Origin: the human T2T-CHM13v2.0 reference genome, Homo sapiens | Strand: one strand, 5' to 3' | Assembly: GCF_009914755.1 (NCBI RefSeq) | Contig: NC_060937.1 | Length of the DNA stretch: 64,000 nt | Shown here: piece by piece, positions 13,241 to 28,924 of the stretch | Numbering within the stretch: the first letter of the stretch is position 1 | Layout: every line of letters starts with the position of its first letter | Position numbers and translations under genes: made by a program | The notes under the pieces: generated by a model | Seen by the model: only the letters and a program-made list of their open reading frames with translations | What the model was told of the DNA's origin: nothing | Database searches by the model: none

Positions 13241-14624
13241 GCTCTCCCCTCATAGCAACCTGAAGTTGCTTCCTGGCAGGCTCTGTTCGGGCAGTGGGAA
13301 CTCTCAACCCACTGCCCGAAAATGCTGCTGCCTGATGCTTACCAACACGTTGCTGAAACAAATCACAAAGCTTGTTGAAGGACGTGTACATCTGGCCCTC
13401 AACCAGACCAGAAACGTGGAAAGTTATTTTGGAAACCCTTTCGTGTAGCCTTCATTGCAGTGTTGTAGGTTTAGCAGTGCCCCCGTGTTAAAGGGCACCA
13501 CGAGGAACAGCTCTTGAAAGCTGTCCTCATCACCACTGTGAGGATGACTCTTGGCATCCTGGCCACCCTCTTTTTATGAGGACCCACAGGAGAATTTGCT
13601 CTTCAGTCTTCATACGAGGAATAAATTGAACTTCCAGTCTGCTTTTACTTTTGGATGATGGGATTTGACCGCATGTGACAGTGAGTGCCTGTTTGTTGAC
13701 CCGTTTCTCCGTGATGTGCGTCCCACTCCATATCTGGGTCTTCCTTTAATCCCCCATAGTGTAGCACAGTATTTCCTACATGTAGGGACTCAATAACTGC
13801 TTCTCCAAGAAACGATAAAAGCATCTTTAGAAGTAAACTGAGGAGATAACTGATTATAATTGGATTATATCAATATAGAATGTCACAACTAGACATGGTT
13901 TACGATCATCCTTGGGAAGTGATGAAGATCTGGAATAGGTGAGTTGAACCTGGCTCCATAGCCCATTACACTGATAAGTTATATGCATGTGGATGTAGAC
14001 ATACATGCATCTTTATATACACACATACATAGGCATGATATGAGCATCAGTATGTGATAAATATGTAAATATAAATACAAACCCACTTGTGCACTAGCAA
14101 AGATGCTATCTGAGATGGTATTACCTAAAAATGCACAGCAGATGGTGGATGAGATAGAAAAATTACTTTCTAATGTGACTTAACAATCATCCGTAAGGAA
14201 GGAGCCCAGAATATAGAGACGAGTGTGGCTCAGCCCCTGTAGACCAGAATTACAGGACCCCAACCATAGGCAGAGTCCAAGGCCTGGGGTCTGGGGTCTG
14301 AGTTTCTAGCCACATGGTCCCCCATCATGACCACAGAGGCTCAAGTCAAGAAGCGCTTCAAACAGGACCCCCAAGAAGGGGTGGGACAGGCTCCCACCCC
14401 AGGCTCACTGCTGGCTACCGCATGGACTACTCGGCGAAAGAGCCCAGAGCTGCTGGGAAGCTCTGCCAACCGTGAGGCCCCGTTCCTCAGCAACACCATG
14501 CGGTTGGCACCCTGTTACTGCTGCAATACCTCTTCTACTCCAGTTCCCATCTTCTCTCTGGTCCCCAGATCAAAACGGGGACCTGGGATAGTGGGGCAGT
14601 GGGAGCTGCCTGTAAACGTGGCCT

Positions 14625-14965
14625 TAGCTTGAGCTGCCATTGAAGAACACTGGAGATGGGGCTTGAACACCGGAAACTGACTTCTCACCGTTCTGGAAGC
14701 CTGAGTCCCAGCATGCCAGGTTCTGGTGACGACCCTGCTTCAGGACTGCAGATGGCCACCTTTTCACTGTGTCCTCATATGGGGGTAGGGGGAGGAGAGA
14801 GAGAGCTCTTTGATGTCTCTGCTTGTAGAAGCACTAATCCTGTCATGAGGGCTCCAGCAGCATGACCTCATCCAACCATAATTACCTCCCAAAGGCCCCA
14901 TCTTCAAATCACACTGGAGATTAGGGCTTCGGCTGAGCGTTAGGGAGGCACACTCAGGTCCTAAT
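14625..14965 (-). mobile_element. MaLR LTR (MLT1A-like)
   Basis: ttctcaccgttctggaagcctgagtc...gcagatggccaccttttcactgtgtcctcatatgg...gcactaatcc...attacctcccaaaggccccatc. Confidence 0.8.
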
Positions 14966-15620
14966 GGAGGCTGTGGGGCATGTCTCTGTTTGCACTGGGT
15001 TCTATTGCTGACCAGCCATTGATGAAGGCTTTGAAATTCTAGTGCAGTTCAGCATGGCTGCAATTATTGGAGCTTGAGGGGAAAATAAAAACCCAGCAAC
15101 TTTTAAAACAAGTGCTCACCTCAGCCATTAGGAGAAAAAGGAAGGTAAATTTCTTGTATAGCAGCTTCGAAAAATGCTATGTCTTGTGGAGCTTCTGAGA
15201 CAAATGACGACAGAATGAGTTAACTTGCTGTAGGAGATCATTAATTCTAAGCCAACTGCATCATGCTGATGAGCTATCAATAATGTCATACTCAATTTTT
15301 GAATAAATCAAGTCCTTGTTTGTGACAAGGTAACCAAATTATCTGCAATAGGAAATACTTGCCCTACCAGTCTCTAGCAGACAGAATGAGGAGAACACAC
15401 ATGGGCTGGGCATCCGAAAGTGTACGACGTTAAAAATGTTCCTGTGTTCACCCCGTAGAAATTATCATGTGATTCAGCAAAAGAATGGCGCTGCCATGTT
15501 GCCGCTCGATGTGTATCCAGGAGCAGATTTTGAATGCAATCACGACTAGTGTTTTAACATTGAATACATATAACTTAGCCCACACTGAATTATTGCCACA
15601 TATGCAAAAATTGTGGATAA

Positions 15621-15963
<343 letters not shown>

Positions 15964-16984
15964 CACATATCTATGTTTTATTCCAATCTGAGTTCTCAGA
16001 ATGATCAGGAATATAACAGCCATCTAGAGTTGTACCTACGCTCTTGCACACTTTTCATGGAGAATATTATCCTGGGAGGTACAGACTTTTAATCGTAAAA
16101 AAGCAAATGGTGAAACACAGCAAATAATATGAGTAGGAGCATGAAGCTCACCATTGAGGAGGGGACTTATTTCCCTTTTAAAAAGGGCCCGTGATCCCAC
16201 CAGACAGGGTTCATTAATTTAAGACAGTTGAACTTGCCAGCGTCAGAGTTCACAATTCAATTATGAAGGGAGATAATCTTCCCGGGGTGGTTTATTTAGC
16301 CTGTGATTTTTAATTAATTCTGCTCCATCAGGGAATGCTTCAGGGATCAGCCTGCGCCCATGATCTCAGGGCTGTTATCTGCATTTTAGTAGATGCTGCC
16401 CCGGCACACATGTGGCATAAAATACTTTCATGTAGTCTCGACCACATTTGGCTGCCGACCTCTGGAGTCAGCAGAGTGGAGTGGAACAGACACTTTAAAT
16501 AGAGAGGAAAATGATCTCTGGAAGCTGCTGGGCTGTGTCCTTACACTGTGGACTCTGCTCATGGCAGCTGCTCCCCATCCCCCTCCACTGGTGTGGATGC
16601 TGAAACTAAATAGTAACAGACCTGACTTAGGGAAGACCCAGTTTAATAAGAGCATGTGTGTAGGGAGGCTCCCAGTCTCATGCGAATCGGGCCTTCACTC
16701 CTGCTATCACCTACCCTACTGCTTCTCTCTGAGGGCCCCTGGTTTCAGATCTCTCCCTACCTAGGCTTTTGACAAAGGCAAGGATGTCAGTCAGGTGGCT
16801 CTCACCCGTGGTGGTCGGTCCTAGGGATGGGTGAGATCACAATAGCTGGACTCTCAGGAGTATAGACTCTTGAATTGCTAATGGGTGCTGCACATCATCC
16901 AGATGGTAATAATTAGCTCATCAGGTATGTTTGGATAGGATAGCCCCATTCTAGACTTCATGTTATTACAACATACTCATATAT

Positions 16985-17070
16985 ATCCATTCATTCACTG
17001 GGCACACATCAGGGTGCACGCTGTGTCCCAGGCACTGGGGACAGAGTGGTCAGGGAAAGCTCAGCTAGGT
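16985..17070 (-). mobile_element. L2 3'-end remnant
   Basis: cattcattcactggg...ctgtgtcccaggcactggggacagagtg resembles the antisense L2 terminus. Confidence 0.55.
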
Positions 17071-17570
17071 GAGGCCACCGCAGCCCCGGTCTCAGCGGCC
17101 TGACACAGCAGTCATCGCTCACACACACAATGCAGACCCCGAGTTTCGGCTGGGCCCTGTCCTCCACCCGTACCCCACAACACACTGTCTGGAAATTGCT
17201 GGTTGTGGAATGAGAGAATGGGAGTTCTGGAAGACCTCCCTCCAGCAGCAGTTCAGTGCTGTGGGCTGGAGTTGACGGGGGTTATTTTCACTCGCAGTCC
17301 GTTGGCTTGAATTATACATGTGTCCCCCGCACACAAGGGAGTCAGGAAGTGTGGTTCCACCATGTGCCTGGGGGCAGAGCTAAGGGCTATGCTGTGCTGG
17401 AAAGACAGGTGCAGGCGAGATCCGATACTGTGGTGCATGCATTTTCCCTGGGCAGCCAGACATTAAACAGGCGAGGACAGGGTTGATTAATTATCTTCCT
17501 GGTAGGTGCTGTGGGTAGCATGAGGTGCCAGGGTGCTGTCCTTGGGTGTTGCTGTCTATTCATGAGTAGT

Positions 17571-17899
<329 letters not shown>

Positions 17900-18164
17900 T
17901 GAGTAGGTTCTTTATTAGATGTTTTTCATTCTTAGCATGGAATAAATGATGAAGTCATAAATATTTGGAAGTGAAGGAGTCTGAACTGATAACACTTTTC
18001 CGTGGCTTTTAAACTGTATTCAGTGAATCTCCTGGGTGTGTCAGGGGGGCTGATGTGATCAGAGAAGCTCTGACCTGGCCTCGTGGTCCACACGGAACTG
18101 CCGCAGCCGGCCATAGCAACAGCAGCCTAGTGTTTTAGGGTTTGTGCATCAGATTTCACGCACC

Positions 18165-18193
18165 CACACACACACACACACACCCACACACAA
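18165..18193. repeat. (CA)n microsatellite
   Basis: cacacacacacacacacacccacacaca. Confidence 0.9.
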
Positions 18194-18332
18194 AATTGGT
18201 TCTGCTGCTTTAACATATATAATACAAATAGGCTTGTCTCAAACTAGCTTTTTGCTATCTGGGGCCCAAAGAAGTTAAGTGACTTCTTAAGGCTACATTT
18301 GAAACTACTGTCAGAGCAGACTCATTGCTCTG

Positions 18333-18885
18333 ATTTTTTTTTTTTTTTTAGTGATTTTTACTGTGGTAAATATACACAAAATAAAATTAACCACTTTAAC
18401 CATTTTTAAGCATACAGTTCAGTGGCATTAAGTATATTTACATTGTCCAACCATCACTTCCATCGATCTCCAGAACTTTTCACTATCTCAGACTGAAGCT
18501 CTGCACCCATTAAACATTCATTCCCTTCCCTGGCCCCCAGCCCCTGGCAGCCCCCATTCTACCTTCTGTCTCCATGAATGGGGCAACTCGAGGGACCTCA
18601 TATGAGTGGGATCGTACTGTATCTGTCCTTTTGTGACTGGCTTACTTCACATAGCATAATGCCCTCAAAGTTCATCCACACTGTAGCGTGAATCAGAATT
18701 TCATTCCCTTTTTAAGACTGAGTGTTTATTCTAAGGTATGTACACGCCACGTTTTGTCCATCCATTCATCTGTGATGAACATGGATTGTTTCTGTCTCTT
18801 GGCTGTTGAGAATAATGCTGCTGTGAACGTGGGCAGACAAGTATCTATTGGGGTCCCTGCTTTCCATTTTTGGGGATATATAACT
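18333..18885 (-). mobile_element. L1MB-type 3' end
   Basis: ctgtggtaaatatacacaaaataaaattaaccactttaaccatttttaagcatacagttcagtggcattaagtatatt...ggcttacttcacatagcataatg is the antisense L1MB 3' UTR pattern. Confidence 0.88.
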
Positions 18886-19894
18886 CGACACTGCTTTGAC
18901 TTGAAAGTTATTTTTTTCATCAGAAAAGTAACACCTATTCTTGTTACTTGAATTAAAAAAAAGTTAAGACCAACAATGTGCAAAGTGCTCTGCTAGCCCC
19001 TTTGAATGAAAAAATGTCCCCATTGCAGTGACCCTGAAGGACGGAGGGGGAGTTGCTGAAAGGAGCTGTGGCCTGAGCAGCCCTAGAACTGCCCTGGTGG
19101 AAGGGCACATGGACGGCCTCAGACTATTCAGGATATTGGCTGTTTAAGGAACTATGCTGTACACCCAGGCAGAGAAAAGTTACAATTTTACTCAGGCATT
19201 AAGAGTTTGAGAATTAAACCACTTTTGGATCTTACATTTTGCTTGAGATAATGAAGCTTCTGCAACCCCACGTTATTTCCTTTGGAGCTTTGCTCTCTTG
19301 TTTTGTGGGAGCGCATCCTGCAGTGGCTTCCTCAGAAAGAAGGCATGGGAAGTAAATTTCCTGAATGCTCATGAGTCTTAAATATCTTTGTCTGTCTCTA
19401 CTTTGATTAATCATTTATTAATAAGGTATAGAATAGAGATAAATTTTTATCATGATTTTGAAGGTACTGACCCATTACCTTCTAGCACCCAAGCCATTAG
19501 TAATAATCCTATTTTCTTGCCACTGATTGCTTTAGGAATATTTATGGGACCAAATTCAGGCCCAAGAACACAAGCAGGATTTGCCAGAGAAAGAGTCTAC
19601 GTTTCTAAACAGGGTGCAATCAGGACACTTCCCTCCTTTACCTTTCTTTTTGGAAGTTGTCCCTGGAAATAATGTCTGAAATTCCATTCTGCTCCCATTT
19701 GGAGGATAAAGCCCAGAGGTGAGGGTGGTGGAAAAGGGGAGTGTGCAGACTTGCAGGGAGGGAGTGGGGCAGTGAGGGGCATCTGCCCACCCCCTGGCTG
19801 ATCTGTCCATAGAACAATTTGCAGGGGACAGCTGGCCTGTCTGCACCCCCAACGTGGGGGCCGCTCCACAGTCTGGGGCTGATGCAGCTTAGGA

Positions 19895-19990
19895 ACTATA
19901 TTTTAAGTTTTATTTAATGTTAATTAATCGAAACTTCACTTTCAATGGGCATATATGGTTAATGGCCCCTACCATGGCCAGCACAGCTCC
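19895..19990 (+). mobile_element. MER3/MER33 terminal fragment
   Basis: tttaatgttaattaat...catatatggttaatggcccctaccatggccagcacag resembles the MER3 3' terminus. Confidence 0.55.
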
Positions 19991-20361
19991 ACACAGAACA
20001 CGAGCTGCCTTGTGTACCTACCGTTTGTGTGCGTCTGGCCTGGGGCTTCCGGACTCTGCAAGCAGTCATGCTTCACCCACTGCTCCTGCCCATGTGGGGT
20101 TTGTGGTGGTCGTGACTGGTTTGCTTGCTTGTGTTGTCCTCATTTTGGCAAGACGTGGGGATGAGAAATACTCCTGTGTGTCAGCCTCTTCTCTTTAACA
20201 TGCATGAGGTGCATTTGTTTTCTTTTGTAAGGTGTCTAATTCTGCCTGTAGATCCACTTCATACAAATTGTGTTGATTAAAAACATATTTTTCTCTGGTG
20301 CAGGGAACATTATTGGAAATTGCAGGTCTTACTTAGTTTATTAGTTTCTACAAATAACTGA

Positions 20362-20703
<342 letters not shown>

Positions 20704-20954
20704 AGTTTTCCTTTCATTTTTGGATCCTTTTTTGTGAAAACTATGTGGTTGTGGCATTCCTCTGTCTTTCCCCGTATGCCTCACCTTTCCTCGAACTGGT
20801 TTTTCTCTTCGCCTTTCCTCTGTATTTGCCGTGTGTCTGCCTTGGGCTGGTGTCACCACCAGAGATGCGGCTTTCGGCAACCCCTGTTCTGCTCTCTGTG
20901 GTTCCTATCGTAGGCTACTGAGCATATCTAGCTCTCTAATTTCTTCCTTCAGCA

Positions 20955-21182
20955 CAGTGGTGTCCAATCTTTTGGCTTCTCTGAGCCACACTGGAAGAAG
21001 AATTGCCTAGGGCCACACATAAAATACACTAACAATAGCTGATGAGCAAAGAAAAAAGAAAAAGAAAAAAATCACAAAACAATCCCATCTTGTTTTAAGA
21101 AAGTCTATGCATCTGTGTTGGGCCACATTTAAAGCCATCCTGGGCTGCATGTGGCCAGTGGGCCATGGGTTGGACAAGCTTG
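20955..21182 (+). mobile_element. MER30 (hAT-Charlie MITE)
   Basis: cagtggtgtccaatcttttggcttc...gggccacacataaaatacactaac...gggttggacaagcttg; 8-bp TSD cttcagca / ctttagca. Confidence 0.92.
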
Positions 21183-24100
21183 CTTTAGCATTTCAGCTTG
21201 CTTTTCTCCTCATTTTCTCTGCATATCATCTCACATGATATCTCTTGTCTTAAAAATTCATTATTTTCCTAGTTCCCTTGAGTATAAAGCTGTTTTATGA
21301 AATTTGGTTTGTGGAGTGAATGGTATTTCGTGGTACGTGCATCGTCTCTTTTGCATGCTATAATCTTTGTTTTTTTGGGCAGTAAAATTTTTGCATATGT
21401 TCACAATAATCTTTTTGTCCTTCTCTTACCTTTGAATTGGAGAGGTCCAAGATTGCTGTTGGCCCCAGTGTTGAAGTGGGTGATTCTCTGTGGCCCCATT
21501 CCTGTCCTCGGAGGCCCCATCTCATCCTTTCTGCAGCCCCTCCATGGAGTTCCAGTCCCTGACGCACGTCCTGTGTCCCAGGAGTGTAGAGGGGGCAGAA
21601 GCCTGGCATCTGGGGTGCTTCCCTAGTTGCTCAACCATCAGTGCTGGGGTGAGTTCTCAAAGTTGGGGGCACATCTCCTTTAGCAAGATACCCTGATATC
21701 TGCCGTTTGTCCTGCATCACTGTGACAATGTCACTTCTCTCACTGTGCACAACTCAAGAGACCCCTGGTGTAGCCCAGGCCCCCCAGCTGCTGTGCTTTC
21801 CCTGGGGTGGGGACTGACACGCCTTCCTCTGTTCTTCTGCATCTGGGATCTTAGTGCTTACAGAGTCAGGGATCAGGGGATTGCCCAAGATTTCTTTACC
21901 ATCTGCTTCAGCAAATGGCTCTCCTGGAAAGGTCGGCAGGTGAGCCTGATTTCTGAATTTTCACTCAGATTCACCAGTTTCATTGTTTGACCAACATTTC
22001 TCAATACGTGAGATGCGTTCTTGGTGCCGTCATGTTGATGATGTTTTCTTTGTGGCTTTTGTTTCTTTGTAAAATGTTTACTCGGTTCTATGAAGAGAAG
22101 CAGGAGATTCCACGCCTTATACCACACCCCTGTCCTTCCTGGAAGTGTTCTGGGTGTCGCAGGAGGGTGGGTTCTGAAGGAGAGACAGATCTCAGGAGAT
22201 AAACAGTTTTAGGTACATGGTGAGATTTTTGTAGCTTTAAGATTTGTATGAGAGGTGAGTTATTACACAAAGAGAACAATTGTGATAAATTCTTTATCAC
22301 TGGAAGAGGGGAAGCTTAGAGTTATGGAACTATCGAGGAGTTACACGGACCACTGGCCTCAAAGACTCTTCTGTTTTCCTTCAGTGTTTGGTCCATAGAA
22401 CTGGGAAAAACAGGAATTTTCTAAGAAGAAGCATCTGACAACTTTGAGAAATTACTTTAGTAGCAGAGCAGGAGAGAAAATAGAAAGAGGATATGATTTT
22501 TTTTTTAACTTGAAGTACCAGAGTCAACCCAAGTAAATAAATAAAATAACGTTTGCATTCCACACAGTTAGAGAGTTGAGGCAGCAATGCAGGAAACAGT
22601 CTTGATGCCTGAATTTTTTGCACCAATGCAGATCTGAGTGTAGGGGAAGAACTAAGCGTGATTTTGTCATCATGAACCCAAGGACAAAATCGAGGCAAGA
22701 GCAAATGTGTGCTCCATCATAAGTAATTAATGAAAAAGCACCAGGTTGTACATTAAGATTTATAATGTAAAGGCTTGCTCTGTTTGTGGGTTAGTTTCAA
22801 GACAGAACCTATTAGTAAAGTGTGAGGCGTGCATTTAACACAGAATTCTGTTTTTTATAGAATGGGGCAGGGGTGACCTTTGCACAGAGAAGCTGCTTGG
22901 GCCCAAGGCCACGTGGCTCAGGTGGAGAGCACGTTCAAGGCCCCGCTGCTCTGTCCTCTCCCAGTTCAGCAGAGCGCTCAAAATAAGGGCCTTCCCAGTG
23001 CTGAGCTTTTCAAACCCCACACATGAAGTGACAATAAAATCACTACTCTGAGCAAGATCGACATTCTTTTATTTCTTGGTAGTCCTGTTTAGAACCACCG
23101 CCCTTTCCTGCAGTGAGTAATGTGAACCCCGTGACAACACCCCATGGCTTTCTCCAGCACCCGCCCCACCCTGAGGGCCATTTGTCACTGTCCAGGGCCT
23201 GTGGGTGGGACGTTTATGGGAGACGTCAGCCCGTGATTCCACCCCGCTGCCACCGCCCCAGTCCCGCGATAGAGCCAGACACTGGCGGGCTGCGCGCACC
23301 TCTTCTGGAGCCTGGGGCTGTGTTTGCCTTGGTGGGATTTGTTTTCCCTAGCACGCTGCCTGGAGCGCTGATGTGTTGTAGGAGAAAGACGTTGTTATGA
23401 CAATGTTAGCCTCTCAGCAGATTGCCGAGCCTGGAGGATTGCATGCGAGACGTCACACAAACACTTTTTGGAGCTAATAATGTCGCGCCATATGTAAAGC
23501 AAGAAAAATTATTTAAATAGGTAGCATTTGAAGGAATAAAACAATCAGAAGGCTTTTGGGGATAATGAAAATTACTCTGAATTGTTTAAACAAGATATAA
23601 GCTTTTAAACAAACTGCATGCTCATGGCATCCTCCACGTCCCTCTTTAGCTACACCTTATTCATGCCATCAGAATTTATTTTCAGCATTTGTCTTTTTAT
23701 AGATTAAACTAGATCTCTAGGTAACATTGTTGGAGAAACATCCTTTCCGTTTCATCTGGCAAACATGAAGCTTCTGATGAATCATATTAACTGGAGGAAT
23801 AACATTCTTTCGAGCGCAGAGAAGGAAAAAGTGTTTAAAATAGAAGAAGGGAACTTCAGGCTGGAGCTGCTATATCGGGTGGTCGCTCTTCTTATTCTCC
23901 TTTCCAATGTCTCCCATTCTGGAGCATCATTTCACAGCGCTGTGCCTCAGGCCCGTGGCTGGAATAATGACAGGAAATCTATCTTCCTCTCCATACTCAC
24001 CGTGTACAGCACGTACACATCTCACACGTTTTAATAAAGGCCCTTTAAAACGGCAAAGCCCGACATATCATTTATAAATCCAAGCCTCACCAGGGCCATG

Positions 24101-24206
24101 AGGAATAGAACCACTTGAACAACTAGTGTGCCTTCTGAGCAGCCACCGCCCTTCAAAAGCAACATCATCTGAAAGTGCTCGAGGCTTTGCTGGCAAACAT
24201 CATCTG

Positions 24207-24499
24207 TTTATTGAGACAGGGTCTTGCTCTGTCACCCAGGCTGGAGTCCAGTGGCATGATTATGGCTCACTTCAGCCTCTATCTCCTGGATGTAAGTGAT
24301 CCTCCCACCTCAGACTCCAAGTAGCTGGGACCACCTCCGAGTAGCTGGAACCACCACAGCTGGCTAATTTTTGTACTTTTTATAGATAAGGGGTCTGGTT
24401 ATGTTGCCCAACCTGGTCTTGAACTCCTGGGCTCCAGCGATCCTCCTGCCTCAGCCTCCCAAAGTGCTGGGATCACAGGCATGAGCTGTTGCGCCCACC
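24207..24499 (-). mobile_element. Alu SINE (AluJ-type)
   Basis: gagacagggtcttgctctgtcacccaggctgg...gaactcctgggctccagcgatcctcctgcc. Confidence 0.93.
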
Positions 24500-24762
24500 T
24501 ACACCTTCTTTACACAGTCGGCTGGTGCTTGCAGGTGCTGTGCTGTTTTCTGGGAAGGTTGGCTCCATCACGAGCCATCCACTTCCTCGCCCTGTGTCAT
24601 CATGGACATGGCAGTAAAGCAACTGTAAAGCGAGGTGAGAGGCTGACAGGTGCTGTGCCCAGGGACTTCCCTTCCGCGTCACCTCAGGGGCTGTGTGTGG
24701 GGGAGAGGGAAGAGTATATCCGCCTGTCCTCTCTGAAACATCAGGTTAAAAATTCAAATGTA

Positions 24763-25070
<308 letters not shown>

Positions 25071-25277
25071 ATTGAAATGTAAAGATCAGTTCCACAAAGT
25101 CCCTTCTGGGACAAACATGCTGTGGGCGCCTCCTTTCCTGTTGACGTGTTGGCATGTTCACTGGCCTCAAGACACTGTTTTCTAGACCTAAGACCTGCCT
25201 GCATCCCTGACATCAGGGTTGGCTTCTCCCATCCTCATCCCTCACGCCTGCATTACGTTCTTCCTCGTGCCCTGCAC

Positions 25278-25380
25278 TGCGCCGGAACCATTCGGTTCTC
25301 ATCCTCTCCCTCTGCGCTCGCCTTGCGCTCCGCCGAAACCATTCGGGTCCCGTCCTCTCCCTCCGCGCTCGCGTCCCTCC
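25278..25380. repeat. Two-copy ~52-bp tandem duplication, CpG-rich
   Basis: gccggaaccattcggttctcatcctctccctctgcgctcgc and gccgaaaccattcgggtcccgtcctctccctccgcgctcgc. Confidence 0.85.
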
Positions 25381-26769
25381 TTGAAGTCGGAGTTTCTCTC
25401 GTGCACGTTTGCACTTTGCAGGCTCCAGCCGGTCACTTGCACACGCCGATGCCCTGGGGATGCCGGTTGTAGTGACCTGGTCCCTGTGACTAAGGGGCCT
25501 TGGGGAGGCCTGTCTGTCCCTCCTTCTGCCTCTGATCTCCATATGACCCCGCCATGCCGCTGTAGAACTTGGCCCAGGAAGCTCCAGCAAATGGGGACGA
25601 GAACCAGACTTTGCCCCCAAACAGAAGCCCTGGCTGGGCACCCGCTCACCAAGCCTAGGTTTGCCATTCTCACCCCAGCACCTGAATCAAATTCCTTTCA
25701 AGTTTCAAAGAAGTAAAAACTCGGTCTGTGACAAATGTCTCTAACATGAAACATGTTCCCAGACTTCCAGGACACAACACAGAGCCGCGGTCCTCTTTCC
25801 CTGTATGAACAGTGTCTTTGTGAGAGAGCGTCTTTGTTCAGAAGGGGAAGAAAGAATGAATCATGCTACGGAACACTCAGGCAGGTGCCGGCCATTCTGG
25901 AAACACGTGTATTTCGGCGTATCGTGTACTGGCATGCTGCGGGGAATAGCAATGAATAGCGTGGAGGACAATCGTGCATTGTTGATGTTTGTTAAAATAA
26001 AGATATTCAATTTATAATAAAAGGGATTAAAAGCTTAATTCATGACTATGTTAATATTTGTCTGCAAGTACACAGATAAATGGCAACGCACCTTATCACG
26101 TTGAACACCTGTGCGCACAAGTTCCTCTGCTGAGATCGCCATGGGATTGTGTGTTTCACAGAGCTTAAACTTTCATTTCCCAAAATAATGATATCATTCA
26201 TTTACAGGTACAGATAGGCTCGCCTTGCTCTCACTCTATCCTGAAATGAGTATTGTGGCTTCAGCTACAAAAATACGGGATTAATTATGGCAGTGATATG
26301 CCACAATCTGCCGGTGGCAACAACAGCTGGCTCAACGCACCACTGCCGCTGGCGTCCGCATGCACCCCTCCTAAAAGCCCGTGGGACGGGGCGGCACCCA
26401 GCTGCTTCCTCCTCCCGCAGAGTGGGTGCAGCGAACACAGCTTCATGGAGAATTGCTATTCACGGATGCTTGGACATCAAATCATGTTTCCAAATGTCCC
26501 AGGGAACTTGCTCTTAAAAGAGATTTATGATAAATTATTTGGATAAAGCATCCTGCTTAAAAAAAAACTACAAATATTTATGAACAACTCTCACTTGACC
26601 ATTCCTGGGCTAATCACCCTGGAAGATGCAAAGGTAGGTCAGGCTGTGATTCAGACAGAAACCAGATGGGAATAAAACGATCAGAGGTAAAGCTCCGTAC
26701 TTTATTCCACAGGACAGATCCTATGTAGATGGCAGACCATAGATAGCCTTAAGGCTCTTGGCTGCTTTC

Positions 26770-27165
26770 ATGTCCTACTGCTGCCATAACAAAGTACTGC
26801 ATACTGGGTTGGTTAGAACAACAGAAACGTGTCCTCTTACAGTTTTGGAAGCCAGAAGCCTGAGATCAAGGTGCTGGCAGGGTCATGGTCTCTCTGAGGG
26901 CACCAGGGAGGATCTATCCCCATGTCTCTAAGGCTTCTGGGGTTCCCTGGCTGGGCAGCACCACTGCAGTCCTCACACAGTCACTCCCCAGGGCCTCTTC
27001 TCTGTGTCCAGCCATATTGGACTAGGACCCACACCCTATGTGAGAATGACCGCATCGTACCTTAATTACATCACAATGACCTTATTTCCAGATAAGGGCA
27101 ATCTGAGGTACTGGGGGTTAAGGCTTCAACCTGTGAATTTGCGGGACACCATTCAGCCCAGAGCA
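26770..27165 (-). mobile_element. MaLR LTR (MLT1B/C-like)
   Basis: ctgccataacaaagtac...aacaacagaaa...cagttttggaagccagaagcctgagatcaaggtgctggcaggg...ctgaggtactgggggttaagg...ggacaccattca. Confidence 0.85.
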
Positions 27166-28924
27166 CTGACTGGTGCTAGTTATATTTGTGTGTCTGGCTG
27201 TACCCTGTGATCACCTGGTTGATGTCATGTTCCTGAACTTTTGTGAGTGCAAGAGAAGAGAAGGTATGTGGACTGGCCCCGTCGCCACTCTATGGAATAA
27301 GCCACACCTCACAGCCGGGAGGAGACGCAGGTCTGTGGCATGGATGAGGAGTTCCGGACATCTCAGCGTATCTGGGAGGGAATGTGCCTTTGGGTGGTTA
27401 AGTCTGTGACATCTGCTGAATCAGAGTAGAACCTGTTGGCTGAGGAAGGCTTGACTTCTGCCATGCTGCAGGTGGTACTCCAGCTCAAATACAAACGCTC
27501 ACAGCCGATGCCTGTGCTTTCCACGCACCATGTTTTGTTCTGGGCCTAGTGGAAGTGAGCGAGCCTGAGAGGTGAGAGTTTGACCATGCAACTCTGTAGG
27601 GAGGGAGGTGTCCTCATAGTCTCACCTTGCACCAGGTGCTGTGTTCTTCGTGGAGTTTAGTCCTCTTATGGAGAACTCCTGATCTCATTGCCAGATAAGG
27701 ACACCAAGGCCTAAAGCAGTTTGAGTAATTTACTCCAAGCATCTTAGCCAAGTACCAGGTGCTGACCATCAGTCTGGGGCCCTGAGAGCTACTGTCAGCC
27801 ACAGTGCTATAAACTCTCCCCACCAAAACCGCAATAAAAATTTCAGAAGGACGAGTTAACAATGGCAGAGAGGGGACAGGATGTCTGGGGTGGGTCTGGC
27901 GAGGGTGAAGCAAAAGGCCAGTGGCAATAATACAGGTGCAAAGTGATGAGCTTCGCAGGACAGACGAAGAGGAAAGAACAGTGTTCAATAGAAGACATTA
28001 AATCAGAAACTGATTGGCTGTAAAGGACGGTCATTGGTGCATCCTAGTTTATTTACAGCTATCTTAATTTACACCATTTAGTATTTTCTGTAAAGAATCC
28101 ATTGCATATGCATTTAAGATGGAGAAAACGTCGTGCAACTTTGCATGTGGATAAATTCACAAACCTGAAAAAAAGTTGCCAGATCTTGTATTCTGCCATC
28201 TATTTTGGTTTAGTGTAGATCAGTTAACCTAAGTACTGGAGAATGCAGACCAGAGAAGCTTTGAGCCTTGAAGGACAGTCATACCCCCGCCACAGTGAGC
28301 GAGTGTGGGGACAGACTGACCTAGGAAGACCCCGCCAGGCCTAGGAGCACAGCCTGTGGTAGACACCCAGCACCAGCAGGTGCAGAGTGACCAAAGCTGA
28401 CCTTCAGGATCAGGTCAGCTGGGAGCACAGCTCCAGTGAAGTGAAGCCCAGTGCCTGAGAAATGGGAGCAGCTGGAAACCAGCAGCAAGTGGGCTGCCTG
28501 GACCCTGAGTGAGGTCAGAAGGTCTTGTGCATTCAGCTGGACATGACAACTTTGGGCAGCACTGGACACCCAGATGCTGACTCTAGCCAATACCCTGCAG
28601 AGGCTGGCAGGTACACCTGTCCCTGAGCGCAGGGCAGGCACATCACTGTACCTCATGTATGGAGAATGTGACTGTCAGGAGGGGAGCTGGTTCTGGGGCA
28701 ATTGGTGAGACTAAGCCTGAAACAGAGGAGATAGCAAACACAGCTCAAAACTTCTCCTGAAACATCTCACAGGACACATGGTCTGACAACTCTTTAGGTC
28801 TGTGAATTTATTAATGTGCCAAGTTGAATGATATTTTTAGTCACCATTAAATGCATATGTAAAGGATTCCTTGTAGAAAATGTTAAATGTACAATTTGGA
28901 TAGCTGTAAAGGGTTAAGAGCCAA

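Noticed and set aside
23050-23500. CpG-island promoter
   Set aside because: CpG enrichment is short and patchy with no supporting promoter or first-exon evidence.
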